A DNA stretch of 64,000 bases from the human T2T-CHM13v2.0 reference genome, Homo sapiens. Positions 28,920 through 45,680 of the stretch are shown here, piece after piece (the first letter of the stretch is position 1; each line of letters opens with the position of its first letter). The stretch lies in NCBI RefSeq assembly GCF_009914755.1, contig NC_060932.1. One strand, 5' to 3'. The notes below the pieces were generated by a model. It did no database searches. It saw only the letters and a list, made by a program, of their open reading frames with translations, and was not told the DNA's origin. The position numbers and the translations under genes were made by a program.

Positions 28920-31900
28920 TGACTTTCTGGTTTCCTGGTTTCACAACTGGTAAGGCCTGGGGACATATGGAACTAACCACACCCTTAACTAAAAAGCCAA
29001 ACCTTGGCTGTAATTAACACACAATTAAAATAACTTACCAAGTTTTACCTTAAAGTTAATAAATGCTAAGAGTTAATTGAAACTACTGGAATTAGATTTA
29101 TATGCAAGGTGTGTAAGAACAGTAAAATGTGTTTTTTAGTAAAATGTTGTAAGAAGGCATGGAAATGTAAACTTTTGCCTAGGGTTAAGGGATTGTTTTG
29201 AGTTAAATTAGAAAGCAGCTGAAGGTTCAAAGAAGTGGTGGAAGAATTGTGGAAATCAATTTTGCAGAAGAGGTTCTGTGTGTGAAGATACTGACTAAAT
29301 TCAAAAAAGGGTATATTATGGGTTTTCTATAAATTAAGCATTGCAATAAAAGCATAACAAGGTTTTCCTAAGGCACTAATCTGCTCTTTGGCAAAATTTC
29401 TAAAGGGTTATAAAAGGTTTTTTGCTTCTTTAAAATTTCTGAGTCATCATCTTGGCAAAATAATTAGTTTATGGTAATTTGGAAATCTGTTTCTTAATAT
29501 CAAGTGTTTTAAACCTTGAACATATTTGACAGCCTTCCCAACGTCAAATTTCAGTTTCAAAATTGTCTCCCCTGGTGCCTGGCTTTTTGAATACTTCAGA
29601 CGGCCTCTGAAGTGTCCCGAAAAGAGAGGTAAACAGGATCATTTGACATGTTTAGGTACATGGGATTGCCAAAATGATGTTCAATCTTTTTTAGGTTATA
29701 TTTTTGTGAATAATACAAATATATGTTCCATAACATGGAATTTCTAAAATTCTAATGTCTAAATATATGTTATCAATCATAATTAAGGTTGTTATGTTAT
29801 TGTAAACCATGAAGATAATCAAACTTATTTATCAATTGTGTTTCTAACAGTAACTACCCTGGACATTTTGCTATTCACAGACAATTGTCTTGTTTAATTC
29901 TTTTCAAAAGATGGTTTATAATGAGCTATAGGACCCTGACAGGTGCTCTCAAATACAATTTCTGATTATATTTGAGATAGTCAATTTTCTAATAACTTTA
30001 GAGATTGTAACATTGGAATAAAGGAAAATGTACAGGACTCATAAAGAGCTGAAATGTTCATGAATATCAAACAAAACAAGAGTTAACTAAATGGACTGAG
30101 CTCAGAAAGCTGAAGCAACCTTTTTGACATTTTGCTTGGAATATTGCTGATCCATGTTTGGTTTTTCAGACTCAGGGAAACTAATTTTGAACTACTTACA
30201 GTCTTTAATATTAAGTAAGGTATACACTCCTGTGATCAAGATTTAGAACATGTTTTTTTCTCTCTGCCTGGTTCCTCTAAAATTTAGAACCTATCTGTGA
30301 GTATTCTTAAATTATGGCAATATAGCTGTTTGCAGCAGTGCAAAAAGAATCCATTTTTCTCTTGCAACAGGACACAATTGAAAAAGCTGGTAATTTTACC
30401 AAGGCTTTGACTGGAAGGGTATGCTTCTCTTTAAGGAGTCAATCTCGACTTGCAGAGCCAATAAAAGCCCAGTGGGGATACTGGCCTCATACCCTCACCT
30501 ACACAGTGCCTTACAGGGTTACTGACCTGTGGTCAGTAAAGAATGTCACTTTCTAACAGGCCTAGGAGCTCCAAGTTTGTCTTGGGACCTTAAGAGGAGA
30601 GGATCACCTGACTCACAGGTATTTGAGGATACAAACCAGTGGTTGGGCTTGGCTTTAAAAGGGCTTATCTGTGATTCCTTGTGGAACACACTTCCATCAA
30701 AGCCAATCCAAATGACCTATGTAGAAATAATTATTCTTGCTGCACTTTATGCAAATAATCAGGCCAAGTATAAGACTAAATTCTATTTAAACAACTCAGT
30801 TCTAAGATCATTTGTTTCTTAACAAAAATGAGGACTCGCAAGAGAGAAATTATATCCCAAAACTTATACATTTGCCATTAAATTCTAAACCTACTAAGTG
30901 CAAAGTTTTTGCTTACATTTTAGACTAACTCTGCTTGTTCCTGTAACCCTACCAGCAATCTCCGGCTGCAGCTCAGAAAGAACAAGAGGGATGGGTAATG
31001 CAAAAATCTGGATCAATATCTTGGTTCTGAGCAATTATCCTGCAAATCCTACCAGGTGATGGGAATAAATAGGATGTCCATCACTTGGAGGTTTCATTTT
31101 GGGAAAAGTAAAACCAACGGAGCTAACCAAAGTCAAGCACCATGCACCCAAATCCTAGCAAACATAGCTATAGCTACCTGTTATCAAGACATCCTTTCCT
31201 CTTGCTTGTTGGAGGAGGACTCAATTCCACAGTTTCACCTTAGCATTTGGCTTATAATAAGGAGTCCATGCAACCCCCCATATCAAAGACAAATTCCAAG
31301 CTTTGGGTCAAAGCCCTAGGAAAGAAAACTGGATCTGAGGGATCCAGAGGCAGGTAATAATGGAAGTTAAAAGGCACAGCACAGGTGAGCATGACTGATT
31401 CCTGCCAATTAAGCCAAACCCAAGCTTCCTGTTTCATGGATAAAGGCCACATTAATATCCAAGGCATAAATGAGGTTTAGGGAATGCCAAGGCTACTGAC
31501 AGTAGGTGGAAAAGAGGCACAGGTGAAAGCAAATAATTCCTATTCTCTAGGCACCCCTGCTTCATGGGTGAAAGCCGCTTTGGTACTCATGGTGGCACCT
31601 GCCAAGGTCGCCGGACCTTGTGGATGCAAGGACAGAAGAGGGAAAGACAATGCTCTTCCCTCTCTCCCTCACGTACCCTGGTTATCTTCTAAGAAGATAA
31701 GGGAACCAGTGATGCCTGATCCCCTCTTTCTAGATGGGTAGCCATTCATCTTCAGTCTGTACCCCCTTTTGAATGCATCCTGAAACCCTGGGACTCATTT
31801 TAAAAATGCATTCCTTTTTCCTTTCTCCTCCTTAGTTCTCTCTGCACAAATAGGTAATTGCATCTCCATACTGTGAGACACTTCCCTCAGATGCATCCTC

Positions 31901-32673
31901 CAAACTGGAGTTAATTTCCCAAACCTTAAATTGGTTGGTTTTGGATTGGGCTCAGGGGAAAGGAACCCAGAAACCTGACATGCCAGCAAAAGGGTAAAGT
32001 GCAACCAGTTGGGCTTTTGGCCTCCCTCTCACTGTGAAAACTGGTAAAATGCCTTGGAAGTTTTTTAGCTGTCCTTCCCCCAACTTTGTTTCATTTTCAT
32101 ACATGTTTTCTAATAACCTGGTTTGTCTTTTCTCTCCTTCAGGCCATCAGACTCCAAGCGGTCATTCAACTGGAGCCTCTGACAATGGCCCCTTCTGCCA
32201 GGAACCCTTAGATAGGTCTCTGAGGGAGCGCTGACTGCCGATTCCCCCAAACAGCATTCCCCTGTCAGTCGGAAGTATTTAAGATCGGTCTTCATCCTTA
32301 TCGTTAATCTAATAGCAGTTAGATGTACTTCTTTAGAGGGGGGAATGACATCAAGGTGGGAGGGGGTCCCTGGAGAAACTCCAACCAGCCTGCCCACTAG
32401 GGTGGAGCATTGGGAAGTTCACGATGTTTGCAGCAGGGAGGAGCCTGGCCCCTGCTCTTCCATTGTGGAAACTGAGATTTGAATGGCCAGGTGGGAAATG
32501 CTCTGGCAGGGACTCTGGCCTTGTAAGAGTCCCTGTTTGCCCCTTTTCTTCCTTTTCACCCAATAAAACCCTGCTTTACTCATCCTTTGAACTGTCCACG
32601 AGCCTAAATTTTCATAGCCATGGGATAGACAAGGCCCTTGTCTTTAGCTGAACTAAGGAAAAGTCCTACAACA
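28920..32673 (+). mobile_element. 5'-deleted MER61-like ERV1 (internal region plus 3' LTR) nested in the 3' LTR of the outer provirus
   Basis: MER4-group internal sequence; PPT gaggggggaa then LTR 32346-32673 (TG...CA, AATAAA). Confidence 0.75.
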
Positions 32674-35600
32674 TTGGCACTAGGAATGTAAGGCTGTCTC
32701 TGTTATTTTAGTTTGCTCCAGGTTAAGGAGAAGCCCATGCAAGGCTCCTACTCACCATATGTTTTATTTCTAGCTTTGATGTCTGGGCACTGATTTCCCT
32801 AGGTTTAACTATTTAGTCAATGTTAAGGCAGTGGTGTGGGAATTTGTCTGTGTAACTGGAGTGCTAGGCAGGCCTGTCTGTGTGACTGTCATGCAGGCCT
32901 ATCCATGTGATTGTCTGGGAGAAATGGCCTGCCACAATCCCCAGTGTCAATTTGTGCATGATTTCTGTCATGCTTGTATACTTATTTATCATGAGAATTG
33001 TAAAGAGACGGGGTATTATAATCTTTCTGGCTACATCCTGCTGAGAAAGGGTCATCGTTATGGGGCACCAAGTGCAGCACTGGAGTGGAATAGGTTGGTT
33101 TGTTCCCGGTAGCACTCTCTGTTTCAGGGGCTTAGAGACAGTGCCTGCTGAAACATAATAGTATGCAACAGTAACACGTGTAAATAGGTTGCTGCTGTTT
33201 TCTTCTGAAGTTTAAGTTGTCTAGTCTTTAGTTCACAGGACTTTAAGAAAGCACAGCTTAGATTTCAGTGATTTCTAATTATGAAAAATGGAAAAAAGGA
33301 AAAGAAAAAGGAAAGAATTAAAAACATTATTTTGGAGACTTGCAGCCAGAAAAAGTAGAATTTAATTTAAACTGTGGAAAATAATAAAAATAGAAAAACA
33401 TCAGGCAAGATTGTAATTTAACAACAGGTGTACTATAGTTTTGAAACATGATTTTTCTCTCGTCAATTTCCCGTTTTTATTAAAAGACAAATTATGGTAG
33501 AACTGGTTTGCATTATTATACTTGGTCTAATTATTTGTATACAGTGCAGCAAGAATAATTACTTTTCACATAGGCCTTTTAAATTGACTTTGATGTAACT
33601 TTGTTCCATAGAAGGAATCTGAGATAAGACCTTTTTAGAGCCGAGTCCAGGCATGGATTTGTACTATCAAATACCTATGAGTTAGGTGAATTCTTCTCTT
33701 GAGGTTCCAAGATAACTTGGGGTTCCTGGCCTGTCAGAAAGTGACATTCTTTACTTACCACAGATTAGAAACCCTGTACAGGGACTGTGTACACAAAATA
33801 TGAGGCCAGTTTTCCAAGGGCTTTATTGGCTTCATAAGTCAAGTTTGATTCCTTAAAGGAGAGCATAACATTCCAGTTAAAGTCTTGGTAGAATAACCAG
33901 GTTTTCCAATTGCGTCTTGTTACAAAAGAAAACAGATTCTCATTTCACTTATGCAAATAACTATATTGCCATAAGTTAGGAATACTCACAAATAGTTTCC
34001 AAATTCTGGAGAAATCAGGTGGAGAGAAACAAATATGCCCCAAATTTTGTTCATAGGAGTATGCTGCACTTGTTAAAAGTTGTTAATAGCTTAAAACAAG
34101 TTTCTTTGACTCTGAAAAGCAAAACAAAGTATCAGCAACATTTTAAGCGAAAAGTTAAAAAGATCACTTCAGTTTCTTATTAGCTTAGTTCATGCAGTTA
34201 ATTCCTGTTGCACTTAATACATCTTATCTCTCCAAGAGTGCCAAACTTTTTTTCTCTATTCTGATGTTACAATCTCCAAAGTTATTAGAAACCTGCATTC
34301 AAGAACACCTGTTAGAGCTTTATAGCTGATTGTAAAACCACTTTCTAAAGAGGCCAAAACAAGACAACAACTGTTTATGGATGACAAAAAGTTTTAGGGT
34401 AGCCATAGTTAAAGACAAAATTGACAAGAAATCTGTTACCTCTGTGGCACACAATAATTTAACATAACCATTATAATTATTATGGATAACCTATAATAAG
34501 ATATATCAGAATTATAGGAGTTTTCCATAATTTTGAAACACATACTAGAACATATTTATGCAAATATGGCCCAAAGAAAGCCAAACCCCATTTTATACTT
34601 GGCAATGTTTTCTGTATGATTTTTGTAACAAATATGACAAATTTTACCTTTACATTAGTGTACTGTTAATGTTAAACTTAATTTTTAATAAAACTTTATA
34701 GACATTTACCCAACTTTAATGTCTGACTATAAGGTAAGGTTTTTATAGGCCTTTTATAACCCTTTGTAATTTTTGTTAAAGAGCAGGTTAGTGCTCTAAG
34801 AGAAACCTGTTGTGCTGTTTTTTTTTTTAATGCTCAATTTACAGAAAAACTGGATGATACCCCTAACTGTAGCCAATATGTTTACACACAGAATTTTTAC
34901 AATTAATTATCTTATAAACTTTCCACAACTTGTTAAACCTTTAGCTTTGTTTTATTTAACTTAAAACAATCCTTTAACCTTTTAATCTAAGCAAAAAACC
35001 CACATTCTCATGCCTCCTTATAATCTTTTTATCAAAAGTATATTCTACTTTCTTTACACACCTTGCATGTAGACTGTTTCTTCAATAGTCTTAAATACAT
35101 GTTACTCTGTTACCTCTTAGCAACCTTTACTTTTGGTGAAAACCTTGGTGAAGTTTGGGATTTTAATTATGTACTAGGTGTGGAGCCTAAGACCTAGACA
35201 GAAGTGCAGGGAAGGTCTGACTCTTCCCAGCATTTAGCTTAATGTGTCTCAGGCCTTACTTAGCTGTAAAGAAGGCAAGTTGTACAGCTAAGAGTCATAG
35301 TGGCATTTTAAAAAGCATTTAGGAGGCCTAATAACTTTTAAATTGTTCAACATTTCTTGCATAAATTCCCTCTCATAAATTATTTCATGACTTAACACAG
35401 ATGAGCTACAACATGCTTTCACTTTCTGACTTGTTTTAAACATCCCTCCATTTTAAACAACCAGTTATTTTACTTTAGGACAAGAATTTACCATACAAGA
35501 TTCTTTCTTACATAAAATGACAACAGTCCTTTCCCAGAACAAACTTCCTTCATGCTCATGGACTAGACTGCTTAAGGCCACAAGATTAGAAGTTACAGTA

Positions 35601-37230
35601 TGTTACTAAATAATTCAAGATGTGGCTGCCTTCATTAAACCAATATTAATGTTTTATTTATCAAAAATTATACAAGCAAAGATCATTCTGTTTTGGGCTG
35701 AGTTTATAGTTTTGTAGCCCCTATGCCAAATTTTGACACCTTATAATATTTGGTTGGGATAAGAATGAACTTGCTTGATCAATAAATGCAAACAAAATGT
35801 ATGCTGGAAATTCTTAAGATATTTCTAATATTACTTTACCAATAATTTAAAGCTAGCTAGCTTATTAAAGATTTTACTTAAGTCAGATAAACTTGAAAAA
35901 GCATTTGACCAGTGTTTCCATTTTTCCCTTAAAGCATTTGATTTAAGCACTTTTATTTTTCTTTAAGCCAATTAATTAGAGCTCTTTTTATTTTTTTCAG
36001 TAGTGAAATACTGTGTATACAGCATATAAATATATAGACAGACATCCAAACAGAAGTACATTTTATAGATTCATAAGTCCTCCTTTTTTCCTATCTTAGA
36101 CTTGCAAACTCTGAATAACCTGGTACATTACCCTGGCAGTGGTCAGCTAAATAGCCCTAAATCTGCATATTGAAGGAAACAACTCTTAGGTGAAAACTGA
36201 ATTGGCAAGATTTACATCTCAAGGCACAGACAGAAAAGTCTGGTGGTGCTAGACGGAGATTACTAACTTTATTTAGATATCGACTATCTATCTTTTAATT
36301 GGCTCTCTGAGCTCTGGGCAGAGCCCACACTGAATCCTGGGTTTTCAAAAGGAAGGAATATTATGAGGCTAGATCATGTGATGCTTTTACAGTGCACTTA
36401 AAAATTTTTTTTTCAAGCAAAGACATTTCTAAGTGTCTAAACTACATTTTTCTTACAGATACCAGAGTAGCTTCTGTTGCAATAACTACTAATGAAGAAA
36501 ACAGAATTCAGTCAACTGAGAAAAAAATAAATCCTTTTCTCAAAAAGACAAGGTCCTAGGAGAGAGATAAACAAAAATATGCAGGTCTTTTAAATACAAA
36601 CACACACATATGCACACATATATATACACATCTTGGATGTTAACTTTTAATTAAGTTGACTCTTAACCATGGAGCTCCTATAAAAATCTTTTTCTTTCCC
36701 AGAGGCCTCTCAGCAGGAGTTGTGGAGGGGTACCCGTACCGTTTCTAATCTGACAGAAGTCTTCCCAGAGGGCTCTCTGACGGAATGGAGGCAGCGTTCC
36801 CCATCTTAAATTCAACAAGACTATAGGTACAGATCCAGAGATTGTTTAGATAGACACAGACACAAAGATAGTTTCAGATAGACACAAAAGGAGGTGCACG
36901 TGGGTGAAATAGGCCTGAAAACCAAATACCAAACGGGTGTACAAACCAGCCCTATTATCTTCCTGATGGTATGGAACAAATGGCTTAATAGCCCAAATAA
37001 GGAAATAATAGGCTCCAGGCATACGGTTCGGTTTTCACTCACCCTTTGAGCTAGTCCACTCCTGCCAAACTTCCGTTCTTTCCTAGTGAGGAAAAGCACA
37101 TGCAGTTTTGCCCATGGGCCGGCCCTCAGGAGATTCCCTGGGACAATCTCACCCGGCAGCTGCTGGGAGTCTCCTATTGACCACCTCCTTGCAATCTGCT
37201 GGCCACCGAAGGCAGCATCGTCCTGGCGGC

Positions 37231-37248
37231 CTCCTGGCTGAGTCGCCA
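37231..37248 (-). other. Primer binding site, tRNA-Arg(ACG)-like
   Basis: Minus strand TGGCGACTCAGCCAGGAG next to the 5' LTR; 2 mismatches to the recalled TGGCGAGCCAGCCAGGAG. Confidence 0.7.
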
Positions 37249-38301
37249 AAATTTTCGTTCCCGGAACCAAGCCGGGTCTGGCTGCGTTTTCTCGAGGCCC
37301 AATAACGAGATGCAGACAAACTATGAAACAAGGGAATGTACTGCTGTAACTGGATACAGGGAGAAGGTCAGAGAAAATTCCACCAGACCAATTTAAAGTG
37401 TCACAATTTTCTTAGTGCTTATATAGGTTGGGGTTATGTGCCTATGTGCAGTATAGCATTCGCCTAAGTCTGTTGGTAACTAATTTTGTTTCAAGTACAA
37501 GGTCAGCAAGCAAAAAAATGCTTGCTGGGTCCTATTAAGCTGTGGGGGCCCCAGTACCTTCAAGACCTGTCTATTGTGTTACTGGAGTGATTATTTCTAT
37601 CTTACCTTTATAGCTTGATCTGGAGAGCTGCCTTAGGCTCTCCAATGAATCTATTCAAACAGCTGCCTCTGTTACCTTGACTCATCTCAGATTTTGTTGA
37701 CCTGAGGCAGGTCCTGGCCCTAGGAATGTAAGGCTGTCTCTATTATTTTGGCTTGTTCCAGGTTAGGGAGAAGCCCATGCAAGGCTCCTACTGACCATAT
37801 GTTTCATTTCTAGCTTTGATGCCTGGGCACTGATTTCCCTAGGTTTAACTACTTGCTCAATGTTAAGGCAGTGCTTTGTCTGTGTAACTGGAGTGCTATG
37901 CAGGCTTGTCTGTGTGATTGTCAGAGAGAAATGGCCTGCCACACCCTGAACTAGGAGAACCATTTTTTTCATGGTGACAGGCAGGAATGAGTCACAGAAG
38001 TGGTAACTGATAGGGCCCAGCTGAAAGGTTAAAAATCTATAGGAATGCAAAAAAGCATAAGGCCCAGATGGCTTCACAGCCAAATCTTCAAAGACCAGAC
38101 AATCCCATTGCGACTTAAATTGTTGTAGAACATAAAAACAAGGGAAGATTTCCAAGTTATTTTTCTAGAAGTAAATATAACTTTGGCATATAAGTTGTTA
38201 CATAGCACAAAAGAGACTACAAATTTATCTCACTAAAGAATAGAAAAGTAATCAAATTGTAGTAACAATCAAAGCATATTTTGAAAATACACATTATGAC
38301 C

Positions 38302-39005
<704 letters not shown>

Positions 39006-39194
39006 TGCTTCAGTTGGGATTTATTTTAGAATTGCAAGGATAATTTGATATTAGAAAAACTATTAATATTATTTACCATATGAATAAATATAGAAAAAAT
39101 AATATATGGTACTCCCTATAGATCTAGAAAAGACCTTCAGCAGAATTGAACATTTGTGTCTTTTAAAATCACTAAAATAGGAATGAATATTCAG

Positions 39195-39699
39195 TCAACA
39201 TCATATATAATGTATTTATATACATTATGTGTAATATATGTAAATACAATATATTTACATATATACACATATTTATACATAATGTATATAAAATGTATTT
39301 ATATATTACATATATGTACATATTACATATTTATATACAAAATGTATATAGAGACATTTTATGTACTTTTATATATAAATATGTAATATGTACATACATT
39401 TTATATATAAATATGCAATATGTACATATATGTAATATATAAGTATGTATTTACATATTATAAATGTAATATGATAAAGTTTACTTATATACATTTACAT
39501 ATATAAATATACATTTATATATTTTATATACATTCATATATAAATATAAAATATACATTATAAATAAAATAATGCATATAAATTCATTTTATTTACTTTT
39601 ATAATTATAAATATATATTTATAATGCATATAAATGTGTAAGTAATATATATAAATACATTTTTCTTATACATTTTTATATATATATATATATTTATAT

Positions 39700-39700
<1 letters not shown>
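39195..39700. repeat. (TA)n-rich low-complexity tract
   Basis: About 500 bp of degenerate TA/TACA repeats. Confidence 0.9.
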
Positions 39701-42094
<2,394 letters not shown>

Positions 42095-42479
42095 AATTTG
42101 GAAAACCTTAATAAGGGTGGCATATTAAATTATATTATTGAATCAATGATAAAGTGTCTGGATGTGAAATTGGTGTTATGAGAATGTCCTTGTTCTTATA
42201 AGACACAGGCTAAAGCATTTGGAATGAGGTATCATGAAGTCTGCAATTTATTTCCAATAGTTTCAGAAAAAAGTGTGTATGTGTACACATACTGAAAGAT
42301 ATAAAATTAATATGGCAAATGTCAATAACTCATAAGTCTAAGTGAAGTGTAAACAGATGTTCAGTGCTGATATTTTAACTTTTTCTTGCTTTGAAATTTT
42401 CAAAATATTCATTTGAGGGTAAAAAACCTGCTGGATGAAGAAGGAAGAGGTAGAATAGAGGAAGAAAGTAGTTGTCAGA

Positions 42480-42720
42480 TTTAATAAGTATCAGATACTG
42501 TATCTGTCATTTTCACAACTATTGTCTCATAAAAACCCCCTGGTAAACTTTTAAATAGATATTATTATTCTCATTTTTTTTTTAACAAATGAAGCTATGG
42601 TGGCCCAGAGACGTCCCACAACATGCCTAAAATCATAGATTTTTGTACAGGTGGAGCCTGGATTCAAAACCACTTTTTTCAGGCATCCAGACTTTCTCTC
42701 TTCCATTTAAAAGCACTGGG
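42480..42720 (-). mobile_element. MIR fragment
   Basis: attattattctcatttt...aatcatag...gagcctggattcaaa. Confidence 0.55.
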
Positions 42721-42862
42721 GCCAAGGACCTTATCTGGGTAGCTCCAGACAAGGCTTCCACACTCAGCACAATAGTCAGGAGCCCAGGATGGCCAGAGAC
42801 TCTAAACTTCTAAGAACGCAACCTCCTCCATTTGCAATTCGACCTCTGTCAAATAGCTGTTA

Positions 42863-44125
42863 CAGTCGTGAGTTGCTTAATGGTAGGAGTATGTTCTGAG
42901 AAATGTGTCTTTAGGTGATGTCATTGTTGTGCGAACATCACAGTATTCTTACACAAACCTTGATGGGATAGCCTACTACTCCCCTAGGCTATATGGTATG
43001 GCTTATTGCTTCTAGGCTACAAAGCTGTGCAGCTTGTTATTGTACTGAATACTGTAGGCAATTGTAACACAGTGGTAAGTATTTGTGTATCTGGACATAT
43101 CTAAACAGAGAAAAAGTAAAGTAAAAATACAGTCTAAAAGATAAAAAATGGTACAGCTATATAGGGCTCTTGCCATGAATGGAGCTTGCAGGATGGAAGT
43201 TGTTCTGGGTGAGTCAGTGAGTGAGTGGTGAATGAATGTGAAGGCCTCGGACATTACTGTGCACTACTATGGACTTTATAAAACTGCACACTTAGACTAC
43301 ACTAAATTTATTTTAAAATGTTTTTAAATATTATTAAGGCTAATAAGCTAACATTAGCTTACTATAACTTTATTATTTCATGTCGTTTTAAGTTTTCAAA
43401 CTTTTTTAATCCTTTATAATAACACTTAGCTTAAAACACAAACACATTGTACAGGTGTACAAAAATACTTTCTTTATATCCTTATTCTATAAACATTTTT
43501 CTATTTTTAAATTTCTTATTTATTTTTTACTTTCTAAACTTTTTTGTTAAAAAATTAAGACACAGACACACACATTTAGCCTAGACCTGCACAGGGTTGG
43601 GATCATAATATCACTATCTTCCATCTTCACATCTTGTCCTACTGGAAGGTCTTCAAGGCAATAACAGGCATGGAACTGTTATCTCCTGTGATAATGATGC
43701 CTTCTTCTAGAATCCCTCCTGAAGGACCTGCTTGAGACTGTTTTACAGTTTAAAATATGTAAGTAGAAGGAATACACTCTAAAATAATAAGAAGAAGTAC
43801 AGTATGGCAAATACATAAGCCAGTAACATAGTTCTTTCTTATTATCAAGTATTCTGTACTGTCCATAATTCTATGTGCTGGACTTAGATGACTGGCAATG
43901 CAGGAGGTCTACTTATACCAGCGTCACCACTAACCGATGAGTAATGCTTTTTACTTACACCAGCATCACCACTAACTCGTGAGTAATGCTTTGCACTACA
44001 ATGTTACGATGGCTACAATGTCACTAGGCCATAGAAAGTTTTCAACTCCATTGCAATTGTATGAGACCATGGGTCATATATGTGGTCCATCATTGGCCAG
44101 AATGTCATTATGTGGTGCATAGCTG
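42863..44125 (+). mobile_element. Tigger3b-like TcMar DNA transposon
   Basis: TA|CAG...CTG|TA termini with degenerate TIRs; about 1.26 kb; ttctgagaaatgtgtc...tacacaaacc motif. Confidence 0.85.
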
Positions 44126-44329
44126 TATATTGTCTTACAAACGCTTCAAAAGGAAAAGCTGCAATACCACCAAATTCATGGAGTGAAACGAAGTAAAAAC
44201 ACTGCTTCAAATAACTGAAAATACTTCAGCTTTTCTATCCTAAACTAAAGGTAATCCAAATGCCTCAAATGTTTCCCACAATATGGTTTAAGGACTCCTA
44301 AATATTTATTTAAATATTGTTTTTAATAT

Positions 44330-45215
44330 TCTTTTTATTGAGATATGGTTCACATACCATCACATTCATCCCTTTAAGGTATACAATTCAATGGCTTTTA
44401 GTATATTCACAGAATTGTATAACCATCACTCACAATCAAATTTTAGAACATATTCATCATCCCAAAAAGTTGCTTCCCATTTCCTCTCAAACCCCTCCAT
44501 ATCCTGGCAGCAGCTAACCTACTATCTGTCTCTATGATTACCATTTCCCTATTCTGGACATTTCAATAGATGGAATTGTGCAATATGTGGTCCTTTGTCA
44601 CTAACTTATTTCACATAGCATCATGTTTTCAAGGTTCTCCCATGTTCTAGCGTGTATTCGTATTTCTTTTTATTGCCGAATAATATTTCCTGTTTGGATA
44701 TACCATATTTTGTTTATCCATTCATCAGATGATGAATATTTGGATTGTTTCCACTTGGGGGTTATTATGAATAATGCTATTATGAATAAGCAGCCATGTA
44801 CAAGTTTGTATGTGGATGTAGGTGTTTTACTGTCTTGGGCATATATCTAGAAATGGGATTGCTGGGTCATGTGGTAATTCTGAATTTAACTTTTTGGAGA
44901 ACTGTGAAACTCTTTTCCACACTGACGCTACCATTTTACATTTCCACAAGCAATACGTGAGGTCTCAATTTCTCTACATCCTCGCTGACACTTGGTGTTT
45001 ATAGTCATCTTAGTAGCTGTTTGGTTCCATCCATCCAACTGGGTGTGATGTAGTGTCTCATTATGGTTTTGATTTGCATTTCCCTAGTGACTAATGATGT
45101 GCATCTTTTCATGTGCTTATTGTCCATGTGGATGACGTCTTTAGAAAAATGTATATTCAAGTTTTTTCTCATTTTAAATTTGGGTTTTTTGACTTTATTA
45201 TTATTTTTACTGTAA
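44330..45215 (-). mobile_element. L1MB-type 3' end
   Basis: Antisense L1 3' UTR and ORF2-end motifs. Confidence 0.75.
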
Positions 45216-45374
45216 GTGGCCTATAATTTATCTAAATTCTGCTGCCTACACTGCATATCATTATGGACAAATTACATAAATTCTTGGCACCTTTGTTTCT
45301 CCACCTATCAAAATGAGATCATATTATCAATATCACAGAGTTTTTACGAGGGTTAAGTGCATATAAAGCATTTA

Positions 45375-45680
<306 letters not shown>

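Larger units (their letters stand above)
28800..37943 (-). mobile_element. ERV1 provirus with LTR38-like LTRs (non-autonomous, MER4-group interior)
   Basis: 5' LTR about 37252-37943; PBS; gag start MGNAASIPSESPLGRLLSD at 36804 (minus); 3' LTR in two pieces, about 28800-28915 and 32674-32936, each matching the 5' LTR. Confidence 0.8.

Noticed and set aside
39156-39442. Tyr/Ile-rich ORFs
   Set aside because: Translations of a (TA)n low-complexity tract
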